Assembly: GCA_026991575.1 (NCBI GenBank)
Contig: JALXBF010000151.1
Coordinates: 1 to 42,165 of the forward strand
Source of the DNA: Planctomycetota bacterium
GTDB lineage: Bacteria > Planctomycetota > Planctomycetia > JALXBF01
DNA: 42,165 nt
Direction of reading: 5' to 3'
Shown: positions 16,863 through 26,200 of the stretch, piece by piece
Layout: each line of letters begins with the position of its first letter
How positions within the stretch are numbered: the stretch's first letter is position 1
Made by a program: the position numbers and the translations under genes
The notes under the pieces: generated by a model
The model's database searches: none
What the model was told of the DNA's origin: nothing
Seen by the model: only the letters and a program-made list of their open reading frames with translations

Positions 16863-19118
16863 TCACTTCTTTTCGGCCTGTTCCAGGATTTCGATGAGCT
16901 TGCGGCCCAGCGAGCTTTGCTTCAACTTGTCCATCAGGCCGGTCGTTTCGGCCGGCTCGGCGGCTCGGCCCCGCGCCCTGCCCCTGCGCCGGCGACGCTT
17001 TGCAGGCTCCGAACCAACCGCTTGCTTCTGCTCGGCCGCCGACTCGTCGATATGCTCGATCTTTGGGATCAGCTTCCGCTCGGCAAGCCCCCACGCCGTG
17101 GAGGCCAGGAAATACAGGCAGAGGCCGGAGGGGAGCTTGTAGAAGATGAGCAGCGTGAAGATGGTCATCATGACCATGGTCATTCGCTGTTGTGCCTGGA
17201 TCTCGGGATCCGGCGATGGTGGCGTCAGCCATTTCTGCTGATAGTACATCAGAACCAGCGACAGGACAGGCAGCAGATTGAAGTATGGGCCAAGGATCGG
17301 CAACGAGACCCCGAACGGGAAGAGCATGTCGGGGGCGGCAAGGTTATCGATCCAGAGCACGAACGGAGCCTGTCTGAGTTCGACGGCGCTGGACAAAGCA
17401 CGCCAGAGGCCGACGAAGATAGGCATTTGGACCAGCAGTGGCAAGCAGCCCTGAAGGGGAGCCAGGGGGTTCACGCCATGCTTGCGGTACAGCTCCAGTG
17501 TGGCCCGGCCGAGTGCTTCGCGGTCGCCCTTGTACTTCTCCTTTAGCTTGTCCAGTTCCGGCTTCAGCGCCGCCATCTTCTTCTGCATCCGCTGGCTCAT
17601 GATGATCTGCCGCCTCGTCAGCGGGTGCATGGCCAGCCGGACGACCACCGTTAGCAGGATGATTGCCACGCCCCAGTTGGGAACGATCCGATGGAAGAGC
17701 TTCAGAATGCTCAGCATCAGCCGGGCAATGCCGCTGAACATGCCGTAGTTCGTAACGTAGCCGGCCAGATCGCTCCGCCCCACTGCGGCAACGAACGTGG
17801 CTTCATCCCTGGGACCAACATACAGTCGGTACCGATGGCTGACGCGTGCTCCCGGCTTCAGCTCCACCGGCTTGCTGCGGATCAATACACCCGGATCGCT
17901 CAGGTCGGGATGGTCCACGTAGATCGTGTTCAGCACCGGCCAGACCTCTGCGATGGCCGATGCAGCCTGCTTCCCGGGCAACAACAACGCACAGAAGTAC
18001 TGATTCTCGGTACCGGCAAAGTCGACTCGATCCAGAAGGTCCCAGCGGTCGTCACGGCCCGCGGTCACGTGCACATAAAGTAGTGCCTCGGAGGGTGACA
18101 GCTTGTTGTCTCCGTTGAGATCGAACTCGTCAGGCCAGGGCTCAACGGTTGCCTCCGTCCACTCTGACCGCTCGATCGTGCCGTCTCTGTTGCCGTCCAG
18201 CTCCCCGAGCCTTTCGGCAAGCCGCCGGCAGGACTTCGCCAGCGACGCGGCATAGTGCGTTCCCCGCTTCGCAGCCCCGTCGCGGACCAGCGCCAGAGCC
18301 ACCTCGCGCTTGGTCCAGGCATACCACCAGCCCTCCAACACCGTGCCACGCGGTCCGTAGAGCCAGTACGCAAGGCTCTGCTCCTGTTGACCCGGGTTCT
18401 CCAGGGCAATCTCCACGTCGATCGCGTACTTACCCTTCCACACCGTGTACGTCTTGGTGACCTTGATCCCTGAGCGAGGCAGCGACCGCCAGAAACGGAC
18501 ACGTACGCCGGCTTCGCTTCCATCCTTGCCGGTCACGGGCGTCGGCCCCTCCACGTGCCAGGGCCGTCGGGCAAGATCGGCATGTTCGGACGGCACATCC
18601 AGTGCTGCAGTACCGAACGGAATGCCGTTCACCGTACGCCACGGGCCGGACGGCTCGGTCATCGCCAACAGGGTCAATGGCCCGGTCTGCTGCTCGTTCT
18701 TGAACCGGTTCAGCACGACCTCTTCAATGCATGCTCCAACGTTCCGGAAGCGAACCTGAATGAGGTAATCCGAATCGGGCCGATCGGATCCAACGGTCAC
18801 AGGGGGCTGGACGGCGACCCGTTCCACGGCCTCGTTCTCGTTCTGGCCGTCACCGTCGCGCTGCTTGGCTCCTACGTCCGGCTTGCCAGCATCCCCCGCA
18901 GCCACTGCAGGCGGTTCAGCCGTGTTGCTCCCGGCTGCCGGTTTCTCTTCAGCCAGATCTGTTCGTCGTTCTTGGCGTTGCTCTTCCTGCTTGTCGCGGG
19001 CAACCTGTTTGCGGGCTGGTTGCGGTGGCACAGGCCAGATCCAGCGCACGACGGTCGGCGTGACCAAGATGATGGCCGTGGACAGGATTAGGAAAAGGAA
19101 GTACCGCCTCTCGATCAT
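16863..19118 (-). CDS. yidC: Membrane protein insertase YidC (with EF-hand pair insertion)
   Basis: N-terminal TM; NWGVAIILLTVVVRLAMHPL, ELYRKHGVNP, GCLPLLVQMPIF, ELRQAPFVLWIDNLAAPD, PSGLCLY. Start at MIERRY (19118). Confidence 0.95.
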   Translation of the reverse strand: MIERRYFLFLILSTAIILVTPTVVRWIWPVPPQPARKQVARDKQEEQRQERRTDLAEEKPAAGSNTAEPPAVAAGDAGKPDVGAKQRDGDGQNENEAVERVAVQPPVTVGSDRPDSDYLIQVRFRNVGACIEEVVLNRFKNEQQTGPLTLLAMTEPSGPWRTVNGIPFGTAALDVPSEHADLARRPWHVEGPTPVTGKDGSEAGVRVRFWRSLPRSGIKVTKTYTVWKGKYAIDVEIALENPGQQEQSLAYWLYGPRGTVLEGWWYAWTKREVALALVRDGAAKRGTHYAASLAKSCRRLAERLGELDGNRDGTIERSEWTEATVEPWPDEFDLNGDNKLSPSEALLYVHVTAGRDDRWDLLDRVDFAGTENQYFCALLLPGKQAASAIAEVWPVLNTIYVDHPDLSDPGVLIRSKPVELKPGARVSHRYRLYVGPRDEATFVAAVGRSDLAGYVTNYGMFSGIARLMLSILKLFHRIVPNWGVAIILLTVVVRLAMHPLTRRQIIMSQRMQKKMAALKPELDKLKEKYKGDREALGRATLELYRKHGVNPLAPLQGCLPLLVQMPIFVGLWRALSSAVELRQAPFVLWIDNLAAPDMLFPFGVSLPILGPYFNLLPVLSLVLMYYQQKWLTPPSPDPEIQAQQRMTMVMMTIFTLLIFYKLPSGLCLYFLASTAWGLAERKLIPKIEHIDESAAEQKQAVGSEPAKRRRRRGRARGRAAEPAETTGLMDKLKQSSLGRKLIEILEQAEKK

Positions 19119-19358
19119 GTCCCTGGTTCCCGGAGGACGAAGCGCACGCCGTGCGGAAAGTTGCTCAATTCTATCCGGTGGCTCACGCGCAACCGCTTCG
19201 ATGGCCGAATGCGACGTCGGGAGCGGGTCCCAACAGGCGCCTCCGGAGCTTCGGGCTAGCTTGGCTGGAGCGGGCCGTGGCACGAGCGAGCCGTGGGCGG
19301 CGCGTCGTTGCCGTGATCGAGACCGTGGTTGGGTGTTGTTTCAGGCTGCTGCCCAGGG

Positions 19359-20774
19359 CTACTTGCCAATGCAGAATCGCCGGAATATTGCGTCGAGGAT
19401 TTCCTCGACATGGACCTCGCCGGTGACGAGCCCGATTTCGTGTAACGCCGCGCGCAGGGCGCTGGCGACCAGCTCATCCGGCAGCCCTTCGGCCGCGGCA
19501 CGTCGTGCGTGCCGGAGTTCGGTGAGGGCAGTGGCAATGGAGCGGCGGCACCTGGCCGCCGTTTCCGGGACGACGCCCGCAGCAGCCTGAGCTGCCGTGC
19601 TTCCGGCCCAGCTGCTCAGCGCGGCCAAGAGCGCGTCGATGCCGGGAGGGCCGACCGTGCTGACGGCCACGACCGGTCGTCCGGGCCGACAGGCCCGCAG
19701 CTGCTCGCACAGCCCGGCAAGCACCTCAGGACTGACCAGATCCGCCTTCGTAACGACCAGCCACTCCCTGGGGTCGTCGGGCGGAAGTGGCAGCCCGGTA
19801 GCTGGGGCTGCCGTGTTGTCGCTAGCGGCTAGCCGGTCACAGGGCAAGCACCAGAGTCGGACGGCGGCTTCGCTGTGCAACGTGCGGGCCAGCTGCTGAG
19901 CCTGGCGGTCGGCCGTCGTCGCCGGTTGCTCGTCAATCCCCGGGGTATCCACGAGGCGGATGGTCACCGCGCTATCGAGACTTAGCCGTGCCGACAGGTA
20001 GTCTCGGGTGGTGCCGGCCAGGGGGGCCACGATTGCCAGCTCGCCCTGGCACAGCGCGTTAAACAAGCTGCTCTTGCCGGCGTTCGGCTCGCCGGCAAGC
20101 ACCACCACCGGCTCGACCGGCGCCTGCTCCCGTTCGTGCATCTGACGTTGAACCTCTTCGAGCAAGGCAATGCCACGGTCGATGCCCTCGATCAGCTGCT
20201 CCGGCGTGATGAACTGGATGTCTTCCTCGGCGAAATCCAACGCTGCTTCCAGCTCGACCAGGAGGTCCACCAGCAGTGCGCGCAGTCGTGTCAGCGGCTC
20301 GGCCAGGCCACCGTCCAGTTGCTTGAGTGCGGTGCGTAGCGTGGCTACATCGCCAGCCTGCGTTACGGCAAGCACTGCTTCCGCTTCGGTCAGATCCAGT
20401 TTGCCGTGCAGGAAGGCGCGCAGCGTGAACTCGCCAGGCTCGGCCGCTCTGGCGCCAGCCAGCAGGCACCGCTCCAGCACCCATCGGGCCAGAGCAGGGG
20501 GGCCGGGCAGGTGAATCTCGGCCATCGATTCGCCGGTGTATGAGGCGGGTCGCTGCCAGAGCCAGAGGTCGGCCGGCACTGAGGCCGTCCCCGCGCCGGT
20601 GAGGTGACCGTCGACGGCCGCCGGAAACGTCTCGGGCCATCGTGGTACGGCCACCAGAATGCGAGCGATCCGGTGGGCATCGGGACCACTGATCCGCACG
20701 ATGGCCCGATGCGCCGGTTGCAACCCGGTGGCAATCGCGGCGATTGTGTCGTCGGTTGCGTAACGGAGAGGCAT
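19359..20774 (-). CDS. mnmE: tRNA modification GTPase MnmE (TrmE)
   Basis: DTIAAIAT, AEPGEFTLRAFLHGKLDLTEAE, GEPNAGKSS, GTTRD, DTPG, C-terminal FCIGK. Confidence 0.97.
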   Translation of the reverse strand: MPLRYATDDTIAAIATGLQPAHRAIVRISGPDAHRIARILVAVPRWPETFPAAVDGHLTGAGTASVPADLWLWQRPASYTGESMAEIHLPGPPALARWVLERCLLAGARAAEPGEFTLRAFLHGKLDLTEAEAVLAVTQAGDVATLRTALKQLDGGLAEPLTRLRALLVDLLVELEAALDFAEEDIQFITPEQLIEGIDRGIALLEEVQRQMHEREQAPVEPVVVLAGEPNAGKSSLFNALCQGELAIVAPLAGTTRDYLSARLSLDSAVTIRLVDTPGIDEQPATTADRQAQQLARTLHSEAAVRLWCLPCDRLAASDNTAAPATGLPLPPDDPREWLVVTKADLVSPEVLAGLCEQLRACRPGRPVVAVSTVGPPGIDALLAALSSWAGSTAAQAAAGVVPETAARCRRSIATALTELRHARRAAAEGLPDELVASALRAALHEIGLVTGEVHVEEILDAIFRRFCIGK

Positions 20775-20795
20775 GGTGGCGAAAAGCCGCGCCGG

Positions 20796-23045
20796 CTAGC
20801 GCTTCTTTTTCTTGCCCCGGCTCGACGAAGCCTCGTATCGCTGCGCCCGCTTGGTAGCGCTTGCGCCTGCAACGGGCCTTCCGGCCTCCATGTCCGGCTT
20901 GTCGTCGACGACGCGCAGGTCAACCTCCCGCTTGTCCATGTCCACGTGCACGACCTGCACGGTCAGCCGATCGCCCAGCCGGAAGACACGGCCGGTGCGG
21001 ACACCGGTCAGCGTGCGTGACTTATGATCGTAGCGGTAATAATCGTCCGCCAGAGAGCTGATGTGCACGAAGCCGTCGACCGGGATCTCTTCCGTCTCCA
21101 CAAAGAAGCCCACCTCCTCGATCGCACGGATGTAGGCATGGAGTATCATGCCGAGGTTCTCGTTCAGATGGCGGAGGATCTTCAACTTCACAAGCTCCCG
21201 TTCAGCCGACTCCGCACGTCGCTCGGTGAACGTGGAGTGTTCACCGATGGTTCTCAGCTCAGCGACGTCCGGATGCCAGTTCGGTCGCCGCCAGATTCGA
21301 TCAAGGATGCGGTGGATGACCAGGTCCGGGTAGCGGCGAATGGGCGAGGTGAAATGGCAGTAGGCATCGGAGGCAATCCCATAGTGCCCCTCGTCCTCTG
21401 GGCTGTAGACGGCTTGCTTCATGCTTCGCAGCAACATGTAATGCACGGGTCGTTCGAACGGGGTACCGCGCGTCCTGTCCAGCAGTCTCTGAAGCTCGAA
21501 GCGATCCTGTGGGTTGCGGATCTTGAAGCCCAGGGCGCGGACGAAGGTGGCGAACTGCCGAAGCTTGTACTCGTCCGGGTTCGGGTGGATCCGGCGCAGG
21601 AAGACGACGCCGCGGTCGTCCAGATAGCGGGCCACCGCCTCATTGGCCGACAGCATGAACTCCTCAATGCACTGGTGGCTCTCGTCCTGCCGGCGGACGT
21701 GGGCGGCCACGAACTGTCCGTGCTCGTCCAGTTCCAGCTCGATCTCGGGCAGCTCTAGCTCCAGGAATCCTCTCTCCCGCCGCCGCTTCCGCAGCAGCGC
21801 GGCCAGTTCACGCATGTCCATCAGCATCTTGCGCACCTCGGGCGGGATCGTCTCTTCGTACCGTTCCGGATGGTGCCAGAAGTCGAGGACAGTGTCGTAG
21901 TCGAGCCGTTTGGTGACCTTGATCAGTCCGGGCGTGATTTCGGTCTCCAGTGGCGTACCGGTCTTGCTGAACCTCATGATCACGCTCTTCGTGTAGCGGA
22001 GCACGCCCTCCTGAAGACTGGCTACGCCGTTGGAGATGACCTCCGGCAGCATCGGCAGCACGGTACCGGGCAGGTACACGGACGTGCCGCGCTTGCGTGC
22101 CTCGCGGTCCAGCGGCGAGCCCTCCTTGACGAAGTAGGCTACGTCGGCAATGTGTACTTGAAGGATCCAACTGCCGTCTGGCTCGCGATGCACATGCACA
22201 GCATCGTCGAAGTCCTTGGCATCGCGGGGATCGATCGTGACGATCACCTCGTTGGTAAAGTCGCGTCGTTTACCCCGGCGCGATGGTCGGTACGATTGGG
22301 CCACCGCGCGTGCTGCCTCCAGCGCGTCCTCCGGAAACTCCTCGTCCAACTCGAACTCACGGATCACGGTCTTCAGATCGACATCCGGATCACTCTTACG
22401 GCCGAGTACCTCCAGGATGACGCCTTCGCCTTCGACCCCGGGCTGCGGGAAGCGGACCAGTTCGACGACGACTTTATCATCAGGTTTGGCTCCTTTTACA
22501 CCCGGATCACCCACGTAGACCGGCTCACCGAAGACCGTGCCGTCGATGCGTACGTAGCCGACGCCATCGACTTCGAAATACGTGCCCACGAACTGGGTCC
22601 TGGCCCGCTCGATGACATCGACAATCCGACCCTCCGGGTACTTGCCCGGTCGGTGCGGAATGCGCGTGATCTGGACCAGGACCTCGTCACCGCGATTAGC
22701 GTCTTTGACGAATTGTGCCGGGATGAAGATCTCCTCCCAGGGCACCTCCTCGCTCGGGTTCGGCTTGACGAAGCCGTAGCCGGCGCGGGCGGGCCGGAAG
22801 ACACCGACCACGAGCCGTTTGACATCTGGCGGGCGGATCTTGCCGCCCTTGCCCAACTTGAGCCTGCCCTGGCTGATAAGCATCTTCACCATGTTGCGAA
22901 AATCGGCGTACTGCTCGTCCGGAACGCGCAGCTTGCGAGCAAGTGCCCGGACGGTCAACGGTGTGTACTCGGGCGACTTGACAAACTTGACGACTTCCGA
23001 CGCGCTGACTGGCATATGTAGCTCGTGATCCTGCTTTGGGTTCAT
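20796..23045 (-). CDS. rnr: Ribonuclease R
   Basis: N-terminal HTH/CSD region, TIDPRDAKDFDDA, VHIADVA, RGTSVY, HFTSPIRRYPDL, C-terminal S1 domain and basic tail. Confidence 0.96.
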   Translation of the reverse strand: MNPKQDHELHMPVSASEVVKFVKSPEYTPLTVRALARKLRVPDEQYADFRNMVKMLISQGRLKLGKGGKIRPPDVKRLVVGVFRPARAGYGFVKPNPSEEVPWEEIFIPAQFVKDANRGDEVLVQITRIPHRPGKYPEGRIVDVIERARTQFVGTYFEVDGVGYVRIDGTVFGEPVYVGDPGVKGAKPDDKVVVELVRFPQPGVEGEGVILEVLGRKSDPDVDLKTVIREFELDEEFPEDALEAARAVAQSYRPSRRGKRRDFTNEVIVTIDPRDAKDFDDAVHVHREPDGSWILQVHIADVAYFVKEGSPLDREARKRGTSVYLPGTVLPMLPEVISNGVASLQEGVLRYTKSVIMRFSKTGTPLETEITPGLIKVTKRLDYDTVLDFWHHPERYEETIPPEVRKMLMDMRELAALLRKRRRERGFLELELPEIELELDEHGQFVAAHVRRQDESHQCIEEFMLSANEAVARYLDDRGVVFLRRIHPNPDEYKLRQFATFVRALGFKIRNPQDRFELQRLLDRTRGTPFERPVHYMLLRSMKQAVYSPEDEGHYGIASDAYCHFTSPIRRYPDLVIHRILDRIWRRPNWHPDVAELRTIGEHSTFTERRAESAERELVKLKILRHLNENLGMILHAYIRAIEEVGFFVETEEIPVDGFVHISSLADDYYRYDHKSRTLTGVRTGRVFRLGDRLTVQVVHVDMDKREVDLRVVDDKPDMEAGRPVAGASATKRAQRYEASSSRGKKKKR

Positions 23046-23209
23046 GGCCGGGCGTTGGTTCTCCGGCGATCGATGCCACTACTCACCCTGGTGCACATCC
23101 CACACGGAAAAACCGTCGACCCAACGCGGGAAGCGGAAATGCGCCCGGCCGGGGGCAAAGAGGCCTGCGGGTGGAGGTGCCGAGTCCGTGGTCTACTAGT
23201 GTATACGTG

Positions 23210-24244
23210 CTATTCCTCCTTGGGACGACCGCGATACAGACGCCGCCGGAACATGGCACTTGGCTCCGTCCAACTGCCCCGGCCCTCGCCGCGAAGCTCT
23301 TCCTGGAACGCAGCCAGCTTGGCATCCAGGTTGTCGATCAAGTGTAGCGCGAGCGCTTCCATCGTACGCGGCACCTTCGGACTGCCGAACTCCAGCGATC
23401 CATGGTGGCTGATGATCATGTGCTTCAGCCTCATGGCCAGTTCCTTGGGAAACGTCCGCCTTGTTTGCTCCTCCACCTCACGAATCTTCTCGTTCAGCAA
23501 CTCTACCCCCTGGACCAGGTGCCCGACCAGCTCCCCTTCGTCTGTGTACTGAAAGGCACCATGATAACTCAATTCGTCCAACTTGCCAATATCATGCAAG
23601 AGGATACCGGCAAAGAGCAGGTCGGCGTCAAGCTGGGGGTACAGTGGCGCGATCCGCTCGGCGATCTCCAGCATGGTGACGATATGCTCGAGCAGCCCGC
23701 CGCGGTAGGCATGGTGGTACCGAACGGCTGCAGGTGCGGCGGCCAACTTGGCCATCAACGTCTCATCCACCAGGATCGCCTCAACCAGATGCGCCAGGTC
23801 CTGGTCCTCGATCCGGCTCATCAGCTCACGGAGCCGCAGCATGAGCCGGTCGATCGACTGGGTGGTCTGTGGCAGGAAGTCGGCCAGGTCGACCTGTTCT
23901 TGAGGGACTCGCTGGATCTCTGAGACAATCAGCTGCAGCTCGCCCTGGTAGATCTGCGTACGGCCGCGCACGCGGAGGAAGTCATTAACGTCGAACGAAT
24001 CAAATAGCCGCTCGGTGGCATTCCACATTCGGGAGCTGATCACGCCGGTGCGATCGCGTAGCTCGATCTGCAGGTAGAGCCCTCCCGAGCGGTTCGCTCT
24101 CAAGTGCTTCTCCGCCACCATGTACACCTCGTCCACCGTCTCGCCACTCGACAGGTCGCGCACGTAGCGACGACGTGCGGCGGGTTGAGGCTCGGATTGT
24201 GTGGCCTTCTCGCGGGCGGGTTCACTCACAGCTTCCGGCTCCAT
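23210..24244 (-). CDS. yhaM: YhaM/Cbf1-family 3'-5' exoribonuclease (OB fold + HD domain)
   Basis: LRDRTG OB fold, PAAVRYHHAYRGGLLEH, LHDIGK, SHHGSLEFGSP, IDNLDAK. Start uncertain. Confidence 0.9.
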   Translation of the reverse strand: MEPEAVSEPAREKATQSEPQPAARRRYVRDLSSGETVDEVYMVAEKHLRANRSGGLYLQIELRDRTGVISSRMWNATERLFDSFDVNDFLRVRGRTQIYQGELQLIVSEIQRVPQEQVDLADFLPQTTQSIDRLMLRLRELMSRIEDQDLAHLVEAILVDETLMAKLAAAPAAVRYHHAYRGGLLEHIVTMLEIAERIAPLYPQLDADLLFAGILLHDIGKLDELSYHGAFQYTDEGELVGHLVQGVELLNEKIREVEEQTRRTFPKELAMRLKHMIISHHGSLEFGSPKVPRTMEALALHLIDNLDAKLAAFQEELRGEGRGSWTEPSAMFRRRLYRGRPKEE

Positions 24245-24339
24245 GTGTGGGGTGCAGCCCGAGCCGTGCGCGGGCAGGACCACGTTCAGGACCAGGACGG
24301 GCAGGCACGTGAAGCCCGATCAGGGGTGGCACGCAGCCA

Positions 24340-25092
24340 CTAGCGTCCCTGTCGGAGTCGATCCCCCAGGAAGTTATCCAGTGCTGGTACGCGGTAGATC
24401 TTCTCGATCGTCTTCTCTACATCGTACGGCACCCGGCAAAACGTGATCGCACTGTCGTCCAGGATGACGTAGCACGCCCGCGGATCCCCGTCGCGGGGCT
24501 GACCGACCGACCCGACATTCACCACCACCTTCTGATCCGGCAACTGGTACGCGCCTCCCGACAGATCCGCCGGCTCAATAAACTCACCGCTCTCCAAGAA
24601 AATCCCGGGCACATGCGTATGCCCGACGAAACAGTAGCGGTCCACCAGCTGGAAGATCCGTTCCATCTTGCGGCGGTTGTAGATGTCCTCAGGGAAGATG
24701 TACTCGTTCAGCGGGATTCGCGGCGAGCCGTGCACGAAGAGAAACTCTCCCTCCTGGTGCCTTCGGGGCAGCTCTCCGAGGAACTCCCACCGCTTTTCGT
24801 TCTGGCGCGGATTGCCCCGCGATTCCAACTGCTCCCTGGTCCAGAAAATCGCCGACTCGGCGCTTGAGTTGAATCCCTCCGGGTCAAACAAGGCCGCCTG
24901 ATCATGGTTTCCCATGATCGTGACTTTGAAGTGCCTCATCGCCAGGTCAATGCATTCCCGAGGGTTAGGGCCGTAACCGATCAGGTCGCCCAGGCAGTAA
25001 ATCTCCCGGATACCCCGATTGCGGATGTCTTCCAGAACTGCTTCGAGCGCTTCCAGGTTGGCGTGGATGTCACTTACAATGGCGCAGCGCAA
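24340..25092 (-). CDS. Calcineurin-like metallophosphoesterase
   Basis: [42 protein letters not shown]. Confidence 0.93.
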   Translation of the reverse strand: MRCAIVSDIHANLEALEAVLEDIRNRGIREIYCLGDLIGYGPNPRECIDLAMRHFKVTIMGNHDQAALFDPEGFNSSAESAIFWTREQLESRGNPRQNEKRWEFLGELPRRHQEGEFLFVHGSPRIPLNEYIFPEDIYNRRKMERIFQLVDRYCFVGHTHVPGIFLESGEFIEPADLSGGAYQLPDQKVVVNVGSVGQPRDGDPRACYVILDDSAITFCRVPYDVEKTIEKIYRVPALDNFLGDRLRQGR

Positions 25093-25313
25093 CGATACTC
25101 CTCGGCCTTCGCTCGGGGCAGCCCAACTGCGACAGCAACCTGGCCGCTGCTAGAGAGCCGCTGCCAGGCAACGCCCGCCGAGGAGCCGCGTGGGGCTACC
25201 GTCCGTAACAACCGGTCCGGTACCGCGTTCCGGACACGATGCGATGAGCTCACTTGTCCGGCCCACTCCGCGCGCGCCAACCCGGCGAACGAATCACCGG
25301 CAGCGCCCGTACA

Positions 25314-25343
25314 AGTGTAGTTTTGCGAGGAACACTCCGTCAA
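25314..25343 (-). promoter_or_regulatory. sigma70-type promoter TTGACG-N18-TACACT for the metallophosphoesterase-yhaM genes
   Basis: Minus-strand TTGACG (25338-25343) and TACACT (25314-25319) in the divergent intergenic region. Confidence 0.5.
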
Positions 25344-25425
25344 CAGAGCGGCTCACGCCAGCATCACGGCTGTCGGACGCGCACGAGAGCCGCTTGCCGA
25401 AGACGCCGCACCATTGGGTAAGCCC

Positions 25426-26142
25426 GTGCGACTGATCGCGTTGGAAACTGCCACACGCCGCGCTGAACTGGCCGCAGCCGACGCCGACCGGCTGCTACAG
25501 CGGCTGACCGTCCGTCCGGACCTCCGGCTGACCTCAGCGCTGGTACCCGCTCTGGACGAACTGCTCCGCAGCCTCTCCTGGCAACGCGGTGACATCGAGC
25601 TGGTCGCCATCGACCTCGGCCCGGGATCCTTCACCGGCACCCGCATCGGGCTCACCTGCGCCAAGACACTGGCCTACGCCTGCTCCGCCGAGCTGGTCGG
25701 CATCTGCTCGGTGGACATCGTCGCGGAGGCGGTGCCGACGGCAGCAGCCCGGAAGCTGGCGGTCGGTTTCGATGCGGCCCGCAGAGAAGTCTTCTGCGGG
25801 CGGTTCGAACGCGGCCCCAACGGCTGGCACCGGACTACCCTTTCCATCGAACCGTATCGCCGCTGGCTTGCCCTCGGCACGGAAGGCTACCTCCTGGTAG
25901 GCCCGGCACTGGAACGATACGCTCAGGAGTTGCCCCCCGGAGCAGCCGTGGCGGACCGGGAGCTGTGGTTCCCTTCCGCCGCCGCGCTGGCAAGACTGGC
26001 TCTTCGGAAGGCGAACGCCGGGGAAACGATTGCTGATTTCTGGACCGTAGAACCGATCTACATGCGACCAAGTGCTGCGGAGGAAAAGGCTGCTCTGCGC
26101 ACCCGCGCCTCCAACCCGCCGCCGTCGTCGTCGGCCTGCTGA
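25426..26142 (+). CDS. tsaB: tRNA threonylcarbamoyladenosine biosynthesis protein TsaB
   Basis: LIALETAT, GPGSFTGTRIG, DAARREVF, C-terminal EPIYMRPSAAE; GTG start at 25426 (TTG 25414 alternative). Confidence 0.95.
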   Translation: MRLIALETATRRAELAAADADRLLQRLTVRPDLRLTSALVPALDELLRSLSWQRGDIELVAIDLGPGSFTGTRIGLTCAKTLAYACSAELVGICSVDIVAEAVPTAAARKLAVGFDAARREVFCGRFERGPNGWHRTTLSIEPYRRWLALGTEGYLLVGPALERYAQELPPGAAVADRELWFPSAAALARLALRKANAGETIADFWTVEPIYMRPSAAEEKAALRTRASNPPPSSSAC

Positions 26143-26200
26143 GTGCAACCACGACCGCCCCTGAAATGACTCGGCGTCGCAAATGCAACCGAGCTGAGCG

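Noticed and set aside
21870..23021. 383-aa antisense ORF over rnr (similarly 28566-29801 and 34629-36344)
   Set aside because: Shadow ORFs opposite well-supported genes, a known effect of GC-rich codon bias.
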